Source: Octopus bimaculoides (taxonomy: Eukaryota). From it: a stretch of DNA of 64,000 nt. The notes under the pieces were generated by a model, which had not been told where the DNA came from, searched no databases, and worked only from the letters and a program-made list of their open reading frames with translations. Location: NCBI RefSeq assembly GCF_001194135.2, contig NC_068997.1, positions 5,269,131 to 5,333,130 on the forward strand, given 5' to 3'. Position 1 is the stretch's first letter, and every line of letters begins with the position of its first letter. Positions 1-13,500 of this stretch are shown here, piece after piece. The translations under genes and the position numbers were made by a program.

Positions 1-233
1 AAACACACAAAGGCTTCTTTTATTTCCACTACCAAATGTACTCACAAGGCTTTGAATAACCCAGGGGCTATAGTAGACACAGGTTTGCCCAAGGTACCAC
101 ACAGTAACATTGAACCTAAAACCATATGGTTGGAATGCGAACTTCTTAACCATACACCTACACTATACACACACATGTGCACATATTCGTACATACTTCT
201 AACTAGTTATATGATATATATATATATATAGAT

Positions 234-271
<38 letters not shown>

Positions 272-1019
272 TGTAACTCATTGAATCTGAAGGAGGACCA
301 TGCCCATTGCCTTTGCAGGCCCTGAGACTGGTGAACGTCTTGTTAATGCTCTTGTGCAGATCAACACATTCAGGAAAAATATGAGAGAGGACTAATAATC
401 TGGGGAGAAAGGACTACGCATAATGGTTAGTGCAGGGCAGGATGAAGATGCAACAAGAGTGACTGAAAGGTGGTTAGGTGTGTCAGGAATGACTAAGTAG
501 TGGAGATACAAGGTCTGAGGAACAGAAGCTATTACGGTAGCATTAGAAAAGACAAGAGGAGACAGTATGCCTTTGAATTATTATCAGTTTCTATGCTAGG
601 ATAAGTCTGATGAGTTGCCATGGTCAGAGTCACCACAGTTGGGAACAATACTGACCTAAACAAGTGAGATGACTGCATCTTGCTTGTCAATTTCATATTT
701 GGCTGGGTGTCTACTGCCAGGTGTCCTTAACACCAACCAATTTACAGAGTGAGGTGTATGAATAAGAGTGATGAACAATAGGGCTAATCAGTATTCTGAG
801 ACCTATTCATAGAAACAAAGTAATGTAATAAAAAAATGGAGAAAAACCAGGGTGAAGCAATTGAGGAAATAAAATGACAGAGGAAGAGGCAAAATGTGCA
901 AGAGAAAAGCAGCAAGAGCATAATGGTAGACAGAGTGAATGGGGTAATGACTGTCAGTACAGGAAGGGTAAGGGTAAAGTATAGAAGACAATATGTCCAA
1001 TGTTCTATATAAATAGACC

Positions 1020-2200
1020 ATAAAATGACTTTACTACCATTCTTGTGACTTTCAACTGCACTGTTGGCCAACCCTTCAATATTTTCTGCAAAATGCAATA
1101 TGCTGAGGTCAGTCTTCACCAGTCCACCCCAAGTTTTTCTTGGTCTCCTTCTTCTAGGAGTTCTATTGAGCACTTCTTTACACAGCAGTCATCGTCCATA
1201 TTCTCCATGTGTCCATACCAGCATAAACTTCTCTCTCACATATGATATCCAATTTCTCTCGTATCCAGTTTGTCTTTCATTTCATTAATACTCCATTTGT
1301 GCACACTAATATTACAACTTTGGCAAAGCATATGTGCTTTGTTTCTTCTTGTTTTGCAAATCTTCTATATTCAAAGTCCACTTCTCAAATAACATGCAGA
1401 ATCTCAATTCATACACATGCATTACACAATCTGCCCTTAGGGAACTGTCCAAATATTTTAGGTAGACTATTCCCTGTGAGTTCTTAATACTCCCCATGCA
1501 CCTGTCACATATGAAATCTTTCTTAGTCAGCTTGTGATCCTACTGCATCTCTTATATATCCATAGTTCATACTAAATACACTCTATAAATATATGGAATT
1601 CCTACAAACTCCTTTTCTGAGCAGGAACATTTTCCAGATGGAAGAAGAATCCTATTTTCTACCCAACCTACTAATATTTTAGTGTTTACTAAGTTAACTT
1701 TAATGCCTTTCAATACTAGATTTTGCTTCTTTATCTGAAATCTCTTCTCTAGATTCACTGCTGGTTCATCTACAGTATATAGAGGTTCCCAGGGGCATCC
1801 AGTCTTAAACTCCTCTGTTACAGCTTGGAGGACCACAATGAACAGAAGAGATTTGAGGACAGCCATTGCTGACTGTCACTTTGCTGAGAGCACCTCTATA
1901 AATTTGTCTGATGCTTTTCCTGACTTGTGTTTAACTTAGTGGAAGATGATCAGGTGGCTAGCTAGCTTCCTAAGTCAGTGTTGCAATTGGTTAGGTTATT
2001 CACATCACAAAACTCAATGAATCTCACCTCTTGATTCAGTGTACCAAAACCATATCCTCCATACATGCCTGAGATGACATAGTTGCAAATGGCAATAGGA
2101 TTACAGTCACCAGTTTCAAACAGGATCTGCAGAAGGGTCTCAGATCTCAAAAAAAGTTGTACTGTTAGTCATGAGATATCACTGTCAAATTATCCAAGCC
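1020..2200 (-). mobile_element. Degenerate RTE-clade LINE fragment with an internal deletion
   Basis: Endonuclease-like GGYGFGTLNQE..IEFCDVNNL joined directly to RT core LLFIVVLQAVTEEFKTGCPWEPLY and C-terminal RPRKTW. Confidence 0.85.
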
Positions 2201-2696
2201 TAAACCTAATTAGCCCATTGCATACACTTATCTGTATTATGTTATCTATCAATCTCTGTTAATAATATTCCTGCTTCACCTACTCCATTCCTGCTACCCT
2301 TCCAGAAGAATTAATAGCTTTGTTTTTTTGTCTGTGAAGTAATCTTTTCTAACCATAATCTCTCCTGACCTTTCTTTTATTGAGCAAACATTAATGGTCA
2401 CAGGAAATTATGACCTGACAGGAAGAGAAAGAGGATTTTCAAAGAGGATTCCTCTGGTCAGTGTCTGCTCATCAGGAAGCAATCAGAGGGACCTTTCATA
2501 TGTTTGGATGCTCCTATCTTGTTGATATGCTATCAACACACACCAATAAATCACTATGACAAATCATACAATCACCAATAATAAATATATATTAAGAGTG
2601 TTTGGACAGGTGATGAATACCATGAAGAGTAGACTTTGCTTCATGTACATTGTTGTTAACAATAACATATATACAAGTATTTGTGTAGGTAAATAA

Positions 2697-2745
<49 letters not shown>

Positions 2746-5700
2746 AAAATAAAGATTAAGTCTAAGAACAGGATAGTATCTAAAGGAATTTCCAGAGTGT
2801 GGCAGCAGAAATGGCTGTAGTTTCCAAGGGAATGCACTGGGCAAAGTATATCAGAAATGGTAGTGGAGGAAGTAGGGTGGGTAGATGTACATCATAGGTA
2901 ATTTGATAAGAAGAAAAGCCCAGCTAAATGAACAGTAATAAATTACAAATAAGAATGAAAAAGAATTTGATAGATAAATATAAAGGAATGTTGTTATGGA
3001 GACTGTCAAACAAAGGAATCTCAGTCAAAGAGGTGCAAATGTTCAGTGAACATTTGTTCAGAAGTTGAGAAATCATTTCAACCAAGACTGAAAGGAAGTC
3101 ATCTTTGTAAAAGATTACACATTGAGGTGCAGATGTAAACAGAAGTATAATATACCTAGCTGAATGGCATATTTTTGTTTTAATAACAATTGAAAATATG
3201 ATGTAGTCATAGAATGGCCATATATGTATACACACAACCCTTTAACAAACAGACAAAGATCAGAGTGTGACTGAAGGACAGAAACAGGTGTCTTGCTGTA
3301 GAGGAGATAAAGGTCACAGTAACTGCAGTTGCAAGTTAAAAATTAAGTTTCAGTAAACCATATACTCTACAATATGTATTGCACTCCTCTCTCAGTTTAC
3401 TTGGTCGCAATTTAATCATCATTATCATCTTTTTTCCATGCTTGCATGAACCAGACAATTTGTTGAAGCAGATTTTCTATGACCAGATACCCTTTCTGTT
3501 GCCAACCCTCACCTGTTCTAAGCAAAGTAATGCTTTGTCATGGGCAGACACATTTTCTTGGAAGTGTAGAAATACATGGAACCATTTGTATGATAGCAAC
3601 ACTTGTATGCAACTACCATATGTCAACACAAGGAAGCTAAACAGACACACACACAGAGGCAGACATATATATTAATGTTTTATAAGTTTCTTTCAGTTTA
3701 TGGTTACTTTACTCAGCCTAGGGCTATATAAAACACTTACCCAAGGTGCTATACAGTGGGAAGGAACCCAAAACCACATGGTTGGGGATCTAATTTCTTA
3801 ACCACACAATCATGCTTTTCATACACATATACACACACCATGATGGACTCTCGTTACTTTGATGAGTGATGGGTCAGCAAACCATGGAGGTCTGTAGAGA
3901 AACAACCATCCCCCCATGGCTGCCTGCATGCATGGTCAAATCTGAAAACTTCCAGTAACATCCTCTACTTGTTACTAGCTCTTTCCCTAGCACCACTGGA
4001 GTTATATTTTGTAGTGGTGGTGGTCATTCTGGAAGTACAGTAACCAAGTGAAGAACAGGTTTGAAAAGTTCAGGAAACTTAGCTCCACTGGCAATAAAGG
4101 TCCTTCAGTGAGAAGGGCCAATTGTATGATGCCTAAACTGCAGAAGGCTTACAAAATTAGAAAGAAATGAAGTATGCACCAAATGGACGTGAAATGTCAG
4201 TGTGCATGATTGCCAGATTACTACTGAGAAGAAAAGTAGGAAGAAGAGGAATCAGATGCAGGATAGACAGCTGGGCTGGTACAGGTAGTGTCTCACACAA
4301 CTCCTACAGCATTACTACCGATAGCTTAAAAATAGCTCAATCATTTAAATGTGAATGTGATATAGCACTGAAAAGGAGTTGGTGAATGAGTTAAGATATC
4401 CAGCCACAAAAAACATGCCAAGCTTTAAAATATTCCCTCATTGTCTATAAGGGCAATGGCACTGAATAAAAGCTAACTCAGACCGTAATGACATGTCCAA
4501 TCCATGCCAGCATGGGAACTTTGTTCTTTCACATGTAATTCCAAAATACAACATAAAATATAAACCAAAACCACTCTGCTGATATTTTCAAGGTAGAAAT
4601 CAACAGTGTTAACTAAAACAATGAATTTAACTTTAGCCAAATTTTTTTTTTTAAAGAAAAAAAATATCTTTGTTGATCTAATGTTAGATAGACACACTGG
4701 TAAAACAGGAAAATAGTATAACTTGATGAAACATTTCTCACAATTAGCTATATAACAACTCTGTCTTTTTTTTTTTTTGCATATTGCTCTGAAATTTATA
4801 ACATTCTCAGGCAATGTGTGTTAAATTAATATATTGAATTTTCAGAGTAACATGAAAAGGAATTTCTAATTTTGAAAATAGGTCAACCCTTGAAATTAAA
4901 TTCAGAACTTTAAAAAAAAACAGATTTAAAAAAACCTACACACTCCATATTTATTGGCATATCTGTAATCTTGTGACCCTTCCCTGTCCTTTTAAAGAGT
5001 TCATGTATATCTTTCCCTTTTAAGGATTAAATGTTTTACCAGGACCTTTTCCAGGTTTAGTCCTGTAAAGGAGTTTGATGAGAATTTACAGAGACTTCAT
5101 TTTGAAGATCAAAAATTGAGACAAATGGTATAACATTGTCCCTACTCCTACATTTGTTTCAAAGTCTTTGAAGTTCCTAAATGTCAATTTGCTTCAATCT
5201 TTAAATTGCATTATTGATTAAATTCGAAGTGTATTTCCTTTACCTACTCTAGTCTATAATTTCTTGCTGAAGGATTGAAACTATTGTTCAAATTTGCTGG
5301 GGGTTTTTTTGTATGTCCTGGACTACATTTGTTTTGTAAGACAGCAGAAAATATGATGCAAGGGAAATATGGTTTCTATTCCTAGTAATTCAAGCAACTA
5401 CTCAGAAGAAGAGCCCTCACTGGCTACTTACTGTGTAGAGATTCCTTCAGTTGTTGCATAGGATCCATCATTAGAGGATCTCCTCACTGACTATCATGTA
5501 CAGGCCCAGTTGGCTCTGACCAAGGAGATCTATGATAAAATGTATTTCAGTAATGTTTGTCCTTTCATTTTGTATATTAGGACTACATTTTCATTATGTC
5601 TTTCAAGTATCTTGAGACTGTCAGTGTTATGATTTGAGAGGGATGTGGTTGTTATTTCTAGGCTTTCAGAGGCTTTCTTATTAGTTTGTGACTCTTGTAG

Positions 5701-6081
5701 ATCTTCAGTTTAACATCAATGATTGACCAAAATTATGATAAAAAACTATCATTTCACTTTCTGAGACAGTAAACTGAGAACCACAGGATCCAAAGAATAT
5801 CCCCTATTCAGGTAGGACATGGACACACACACATGTGTGTATCTACATATCTGATAATGTAGGTTTTGTCCTTGTTTAGTTGAGTTTAGGCCCTAACAGA
5901 TTAGATCTATAACTAAAGAGAGTACAAGCATATATATATATATATATATANNNNNNNNNNNNNNNNNNNNNNNNNNNNNNNNNNNNNNNNNNNNNNNNNN
6001 NNNNNNNNNNNNNNNNNNNNNNNNNNNNNNNNNNNNNNNNNNNNNNNNNNTATATATATATAGATAGATATATATATATAG

Positions 6082-6113
<32 letters not shown>

Positions 6114-9100
6114 CGAGAAAGAGAGAAAGAGAGGGAGAGATAATAGTTGACAAATTAGATTATGGATTAGAAGGGGCAAAATCAACTGGAAAACGGTTCC
6201 AAATGCTATTCTCGTATAAACAATGTAATTAACCTTGTATTCTCCCTCTCTCAAGCTACTACATATAAAACAAACAAGGGTCAATGATCTTTATCAAGGC
6301 CATATTGTTTGTATCCACTGATAAGTCCTTCATAAATCATAACAAACCAAGCACTGGACCGTGGCATTTATAAGATTCCTAGTGGTTAATTAAAGAATCT
6401 CAAATGGTGGCTAGTTTTTAAGTCATAGATTAAAATTTGTTCAGACACGAAATATTAAATGTGTAAGGAAGCTTCGAAAAACAACACGGCGTACTAATCA
6501 TTATTATAAATATTCATTATATATAAATGTATTGATCTTTACAATTAGTGCAGTTAAGTGTCACTTTGTCACGTATTCATAATAAATAATAATATTGACA
6601 GTTCTTGCTTTCACTTGGCTTTACCTCAACCATGAAAAGGGTTTCTATTTTCAAGAATGAGAAAACGGGCACCAAAAAACAGCATACAAGCTCTAGAGGA
6701 TTACAATGATTTTCTGAAATAAAAAAATGAAGCTAAATGTGTTTCTAAATTACTATTTTATTTCTACTCTTTACTATAGAATTAAAACATTTTAAGCTAA
6801 TTACATCAGAATCATATCAAACTGTCATTTTTGTTTCTTATCACACAGACAAACCAAATAAAATGCTAGAGGTTAGCAAAATAAAACATATGTTTGGTTG
6901 GAAACGGACGATAGTTTACACTACCAATGTTCTCTTAGTCCAACAAACAGAAGGGGGAAAAAATCTTTTATCCACAGAAATATCTGAAAAGAATTAACAG
7001 CATGCATCTAGCCAGAATGCGACGATTAACGAACACCTAAAACACAATATTAGGCAAAGCACAACATTGAAAACACTTAGCCAGACTAATATACCTATCA
7101 ATTTACCATAAGCACCTACTAACTTGGAGAAAAAGAAACATATTCGGAATTTCTTGAGAATAAATTATTCAGCAATAATCAATGTAAAACAAAGATGACA
7201 TTATAAAGAAAGATAATTGAAAAGGTGGGGAGTAGGAAAGATAACAAGACAAGGCTGCAGATTGGGGAGATTTCTTTTTTTTTTTGTTACTTTTTAGACA
7301 CCTTACAAATATCTCCATTTGTGCCAACAGATATGAAGCAGAGAGAGGAACGGGTTTAAAATAGTGAAGTATTTATGCCTCATTCAAGAGCAACGACCTT
7401 AGTGAAAATGGTTCTCGCAGCAATTGACGAACGAAGCATGCGAATATTTTATATACACGTGTATACAAGAATAAATTTAGAGACAGGGGTCTTAAATGTT
7501 TCCATAAAACGACACTCGTCATCCGGTAACGTTCATGCCTCTCCCAAGGACGTCCATTAGCGATGTAGGTGAAACTGAACAATAACAGTACACGCGCGCG
7601 CACAAGTCTTTCTCCCTGTATAGAGTACACAAACATACAATCAATTAAATTAGTGCAATCACACCAAACATTTACAAAGACAGAGATACTGGAAATAGTA
7701 CAGTGGGGTCACGTCGGTTAAGTCACGTGAAGCCTAGCTTTATATACCATAGTAGGCCAGCAACACACCAACCAGCCAGCCAGAACCGCTAGACTGATAG
7801 AACAAGGTTCACAAGAAAGGAGTGTACGTTGACATAGTTGATAACGGGTTCCATACAACGATGTATGAATTAACATTAAAAAAAACCGCAACATAGAGAC
7901 AAGAGATGGGGATAAAAGTCTCCCTCGATATCTTTCCTTTTAAGAGAGGCGTTTACAAAGAAAACTTAGAGAAAGACATCAAACATAGGAAGTCTTAGTT
8001 AGCAGGTCACGTGCTGACAATGTGAATGTTTAAAATAATGGCTTTGAAGGCACGAGGCCTGTTGACGAAGGGGTGGATGTATAGTGGATCAGATATCAGT
8101 GAATATCTGCAAGACTTCCTTTCAGTAACCCAAGGTGAGAGTTCAAATAAAAACGAACTGCTTAATAATCGTTGGAAGAGAATAAAATCTATAGAGAGGA
8201 AGTATACCCTTTCGTTCAGAATTCGCCATCGTGCCCAGCATAATCAGACTGAAACTAGAAAACGAATCTACTTTGAACAAACGACTATATCAAACCAACA
8301 CACACATAGTGTTTCTTCTCCGGGTTTATGCTTTCTACAAGTAATATGTATATATATTAAAAATGGGGAAGGCCAGTTTATAGGATTATATATGATAGAT
8401 ATCTATCCTCATACACGTGTGGATAAACACGTGCCTTTAGTAATAGAGATTCACATATATGTGCATGAACTAAAAACTAAAATGTTAAGTCGTAAGCATA
8501 CACGCACACATTTCTCAAGATAGTTTTTACTAACAGATACTAAATCACCTGGCTTTATCTTGTGAGAACAGGCTCGAAAACATGGCCTCTCTTTGATGTT
8601 AAGGTTTTAGAAAAAGCACTTAAATTAACACTTCCCCTATACTTACTTGAACTTGTATGTGTGTATACATTCTTTCGATATTAGTATCATATCTGTAAAG
8701 AATGCCATTGAAATTCGATTTGAGCTACAAGCATAATCTAGTTATAGATATTCACACACACCATCACGAATTTTGAAGATCTAATTTAAATATCGATATT
8801 TCGAAACTGTTGTTCAGTTATGTTTTAAATTCCCTTGACTCCCTGATTGATCATTTGTAGTCCAAACTATTGAAAAGACAAAACCTAATTTAAGCTGTAG
8901 AAAATGAAAAAAAGATGTATAACAGTGACCATTACAAGTCTAACAATACAATTATAGGCTAGAAACTAGCATGGTGTTGTATTAAATATAAGAGGGGATT
9001 GGTGTGTGTAAATGTACGTATATGTCCATGATATGGTCATAATGTCTTGCAAACATAATAGTAATATTTGTATAAAGAAAGCTTTAAGCAATATATTGTA

Positions 9101-9283
9101 GTATGTATAGGGGACATAGAACGTACATTGTTTTTATACGTTTGTGATATCGTATGTGAAAAATGTATTATATAGAATGAAAGAACAGGTTACATAATTT
9201 CTGCGTGTATATCAAATGAGTACATTTATCTGTCTAAATAATTTATACGAAGAGGTTCTGAGGGACTGCAGTAGTTTACATAT

Positions 9284-9323
<40 letters not shown>

Positions 9324-10250
9324 ACGAAACATGTACATGCAATGGCTAGGGATTTGTTAATATAATATACATATGCGTATAGTACATATATGACAAAATA
9401 ACGAAGTAGGTCATTAATAAAAAAAAAACACTCATTTACAATGAGCAATTATTTAGATTACAGCTTCCAACACACAAACAACTACTGTCAATCAACACAC
9501 CAAATATCAAATATACTACACATCTAACACAAATTGCAAAATACTCAACACAATACACTCCATATTTCATCTCCCTCTTTCCTCCACTCACACACAAACA
9601 GAATAATAATCTATATAATATATAAAAAGAGCAATGAGCTCTTTCACCAGATAGAAATAGTGCTAAACAAAAATAAGGAGTCGGAGACAGGGGAGAGGGC
9701 GAAATAAAAAGAAAATATCAAACATCTTAAGGGTAACACATTGTTTATTAAAAGGGAGTCATTTTCTGATAAGGGAGAGGGGAAATATAAAAGTTAAATG
9801 CCGACGACCGCCATATTTACTAGCTCTTCTCTCTGTATCTCTTACTCTTTCTTTCTCTCTCCAATGTGTTAACTTGTAACTGTTTAAATGTGAGGGGAGC
9901 TTTTCTAGTTTTCTTTTTTTATTAGTTTTATATTTTTAACTTCTGTAAACATTTGTATTTCTATTATTATGACAAATAAATGGCCAAACCGTTTGTCAAT
10001 TTGTCAGTTAAAATGGGGAGACAACAACAGACAGAATTTTAAAGCGTATAATTGCTGGCCAAAAAGAACCGACATTTCGCTACAATAGTTATCTATGCAC
10101 GGTAGACTCACTTAGACAGATACATGTATATATAAATATATAAATCTATATATATTAATATAAATGTACAGACAAAGCGGAATATATATGTATGTATGCA
10201 TGATAAATACATAAAAATACACATATATGTATACATAGAGACATATATAG

Positions 10251-10259
10251 AAAGGATAC
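10251..10259 (-). other. U12-type (minor spliceosome) 5' splice site of CCNT intron 1
   Basis: The minus strand reads GTATCCTTT, the exact U12 GT-AG donor consensus, directly after the phase-2 Val codon. Confidence 0.88.
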
Positions 10260-10420
10260 ACCTGAAGCTTTTGGCCCATCTCCTGGATAAAATTTGCGGC
10301 CATCTGTCTGTAATGTAACTCCTTCTTCGGGTCTAAAGGATCAGGACCCCGTGTACTGGGAGAATGAGAAATATCCGTTTTGGTAAAAAGCCATCGTTCC
10401 TCCTTCTCAGACCCCGCCAT
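10260..10420 (-). CDS. CCNT1: Cyclin T, coding exon 1 (the rest of the gene is not found in the window and probably lies left of position 1)
   Basis: Translates as MAGSEKEERWLFTKTDISHSPSTRGPDPLDPKKELHYRQMAANFIQEMGQKLQV, matching the cyclin T N-terminus (human RWYFTREQLENSPSRR...[23 protein letters not shown]). 161 nt, ending in phase 2 at GT|GTATCCTTT. CCNT1 and CCNT2 are vertebrate paralogues, so this is a co-orthologue. Confidence 0.95.
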
Positions 10421-10463
10421 CGGAAAGATGCTGAAGAAGAGCAGCAAACAGGCAGAGGAAGCC

Positions 10464-10533
10464 CGCATGCGCAGACCGCACCGGACTTCCTTGACACGGC
10501 CTATGACGTCACGAAACAGCGCTATGACGTCAC
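10464..10533. promoter_or_regulatory. CCNT proximal promoter: NRF1-like CGCATGCGCA and two CRE palindromes TGACGTCA
   Basis: CGCATGCGCA at 10464-10473; TGACGTCA at 10504-10511 and 10525-10532; CpG-rich; 45-110 bp upstream of the ATG. Confidence 0.65.
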
Positions 10534-13500
10534 AATGGACCTTGTCAACTGTTCGAGAGAAAACCGAGAGCGATGTTGGAAAGAGAGTATACAGAATGAG
10601 AGAGATAGAGTATTGTGTATGTGAGAGAAGGAGGAGAGAAAGAGAAGAGTGTAAATGGCACTTTTGAGACAAAGCTAATCTCTCATTTTCACATATTTCA
10701 TATCATCACAAATAAAATTTGCATGGCTTTTCGTTCTGTTATTTACCGTTTAAATCTAATGGTTTTTCAAACAAGAAATCTGGGGGTTTTTTTTAGCAAT
10801 TAGAAGACCTATTTGAATGTAACCTTTAATTGTACGTTTCAAACCCTAAACCGGTCACAACAAAACTTAGTAAAGAATTTAATTATTAAAAAAAAAATTC
10901 TTGTGGGTGATTTTTTGACCCATAAATAACATGAATATTTGTCAGGTCATTTAGATGTTTGGTAATTCTACTTCTATGATGACGGGGGGAAATAATAATA
11001 ATCAATAATAGCAATGGAACATGATGTAAATATACTTTTTATTTAATAACCAATAACCTATATTGTAAAGTGCAAGCTGGTAGCTTGTAGGGGCCATACC
11101 AGAAGGAATATGTGCTAATTATAGCAGTTTGTTAAGTACTTCGTAGTAATAATAAGTTAATTGAAAAAAACAATACAGGTAACAAATTTGAAATGCGCAG
11201 TAATGACCGTCATATAAAGTAATGGGACAATATGTGATTCAATTATTCGTTGACCGACCTACTAGAATTAGCAGCCAAACCTCCCTTAAATCATTGCCGT
11301 CTTTAAAAGGACAGGAAAATGTATATTGGACACTACTTTCTGCTATACAAAAGGACGGCCGGGTGATTACAGCTGGAATATCTTTGATCACAGGACTGTC
11401 CGGGATGAAAAACAAAAAACAAGATTTTCATTACATCTGCTTTACATGAAGCCACTCGCTCCACCGTCCGACTAACTGTGTGTTATTTGATTGTGTTTGA
11501 TATCTATTTATCTATGTGTGTGTGTTATACACATGCACATGCAGGGGTGGTGGGGCTATTGGCCTATATAGTCACATGCGAGTCCATAAAAATTAAATCT
11601 AGTAGAAAATCATCCTCGACCCCGAAGGATTGCCAACCGACTCACATACACTGTCGCCGATATACAATTTTTGGAGTAGAATGGCCATTATAAAATGTTC
11701 GTATATTTCTCGAAAGCTGTTGAGTCCAAAGACATTAAATGACTTCAACAGAAGATTCAAATTCTGTTTGTGGATTCGGCTAACTGTGACCCCCAACTGA
11801 CCTCTTTTGAGCTGAATAATTTAAAAAAGTAGTTGGTTTTGGTGTTTAGTCTCCAATCAGCCTTTATACAACAGATCTACGATCAAAAGTATTCCAACAA
11901 TCGTCATCCTGTCTATGTAACTAAGATTACATTTCTAAGACGCTATGACATAATTTAAGACAAATTTAACTGTTATTTCTAGCAGAACGAGAAACTACGC
12001 AAACGATTCCTTGTGGGAAGAGTGGATAGCTAGTTTTCGCACTAAGTCAGCTCTAACCCAGCAACACATACGATCGAATGTGTTCCTGTCATGACTATCC
12101 TGTCGTTTTGTATATATCAAGGAATTAATTACATAAGATTACATTATATTGCGTTGTCTAATGTAGTCTTCGTTTATTTAAAGACTACATTGTTTTGAGT
12201 TGAAGAAGATTTTGCTGCGAATTTTCTTCTCCAGGGCAACGAATTGGCAGAATCTTTAGAGTATCGAAGAAAAAAATGCCTTGCGGTATTTGTTCCGGCA
12301 CTTTGTATTCTGAGTGCAAATCCCATCGAAATCAACTTTGCCTTTTATCCCTTTGGGATAGATAAAATACAAAGCAACCAAGTACCAGGGTAGATATATA
12401 ATTTCCAAAAAATGCTGGCTTTATAACTACATCAGAAATCATTATAGTGATAATTGCTTTGTTGCATGCTTAATGTTGATGTTTATATCGTCTCAGATCA
12501 AAACCTGATTCAGCAGGCCTTTGAGCAAACTCGTTCTAGCCGTGACGACCTCGTCTATTAGGACTATAATACCCAGTGTGTTTTCTGATTCTTTTAAAAC
12601 AGTAGTGGAGGATGTGACTGCCATTTCTTGCAGGTCAAGTTGATGCTGTATAGCCCTAGGTGAGCCACGATCCACTAGGCATTGATCAAAGATGTTCTTA
12701 ACGTGACTGTCCTGTTTGTTTTTATTAATTCATTCATACTGCATAGAGGACATTCTTTTGGTTTGTGATCATAAATTGAAAGTGGAAAATAACCATTTGC
12801 AATCGGCATTAATTGGGGGGGGGGGGAAGAAAAAGAAATTCCGAATCGTAACCTCCATAATTTGTTTGTATGTTTTAATTCGGAAATAAACAAAAAAAGG
12901 TAATAATAAATATTGGATGAGGAAACATGTAAAAGTTTGTTTTTTTTTCAATTGAAAATAGGAAACTGAAGAAATTTTTTGAAAAATGGAGAATAGAGTC
13001 TCTATTCAACACGTTCTGTTGTGGTTCTTTATATTCTAAGTTTGTAGTGTGATTTAAAGAAGATTTGGCTGCCTGTTTCTTGTAGGACGAGAGATAGCAA
13101 AGAAGCGCCATCATTGGAAGAAAGAGAGAAGGAAAGACCGAAAGAAACAAAAAAAAAAGGAAAAAAGAACGGAAGGAAGGAAGGAAGAAGTTTTCAATGA
13201 ATAGTTCCTTTGGCTGTCCTGCCAAGCAGCCAATATGGTCTGATAGAAAGATGGATAAAGAAGGCTAAGATCAAGAGAAGGACAAATATCGACAAATAGA
13301 TACAAGAATAGAATTAAACAACAATTGGATGAATACACTCCGTCCTTCAAGTAATTTTTAGTTGATATGAATTTAACATATGCTGGGTGGGGGAAATCTC
13401 TGTAGTTTGGCGTGAGGATTCAGTTATTTGATCAACTGAATCATCTCATTCATTGAATTAACGTGTAAATGACTAAGCATTCCACAGATACGTGTATCCT

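Noticed and set aside
8026-8523. 165-aa plus-strand ORF antisense to CCNT intron 1
   Set aside because: No recognisable domain, no splice support, composition like non-coding DNA
1-10250. Cyclin T exon 2 (expected xQLxINTAIVYMHRFY)
   Set aside because: Not found by eye; the CCTTAAC-like site near 8598-8604 (minus) leads to no cyclin-like frame, so exon 2 probably lies outside the window
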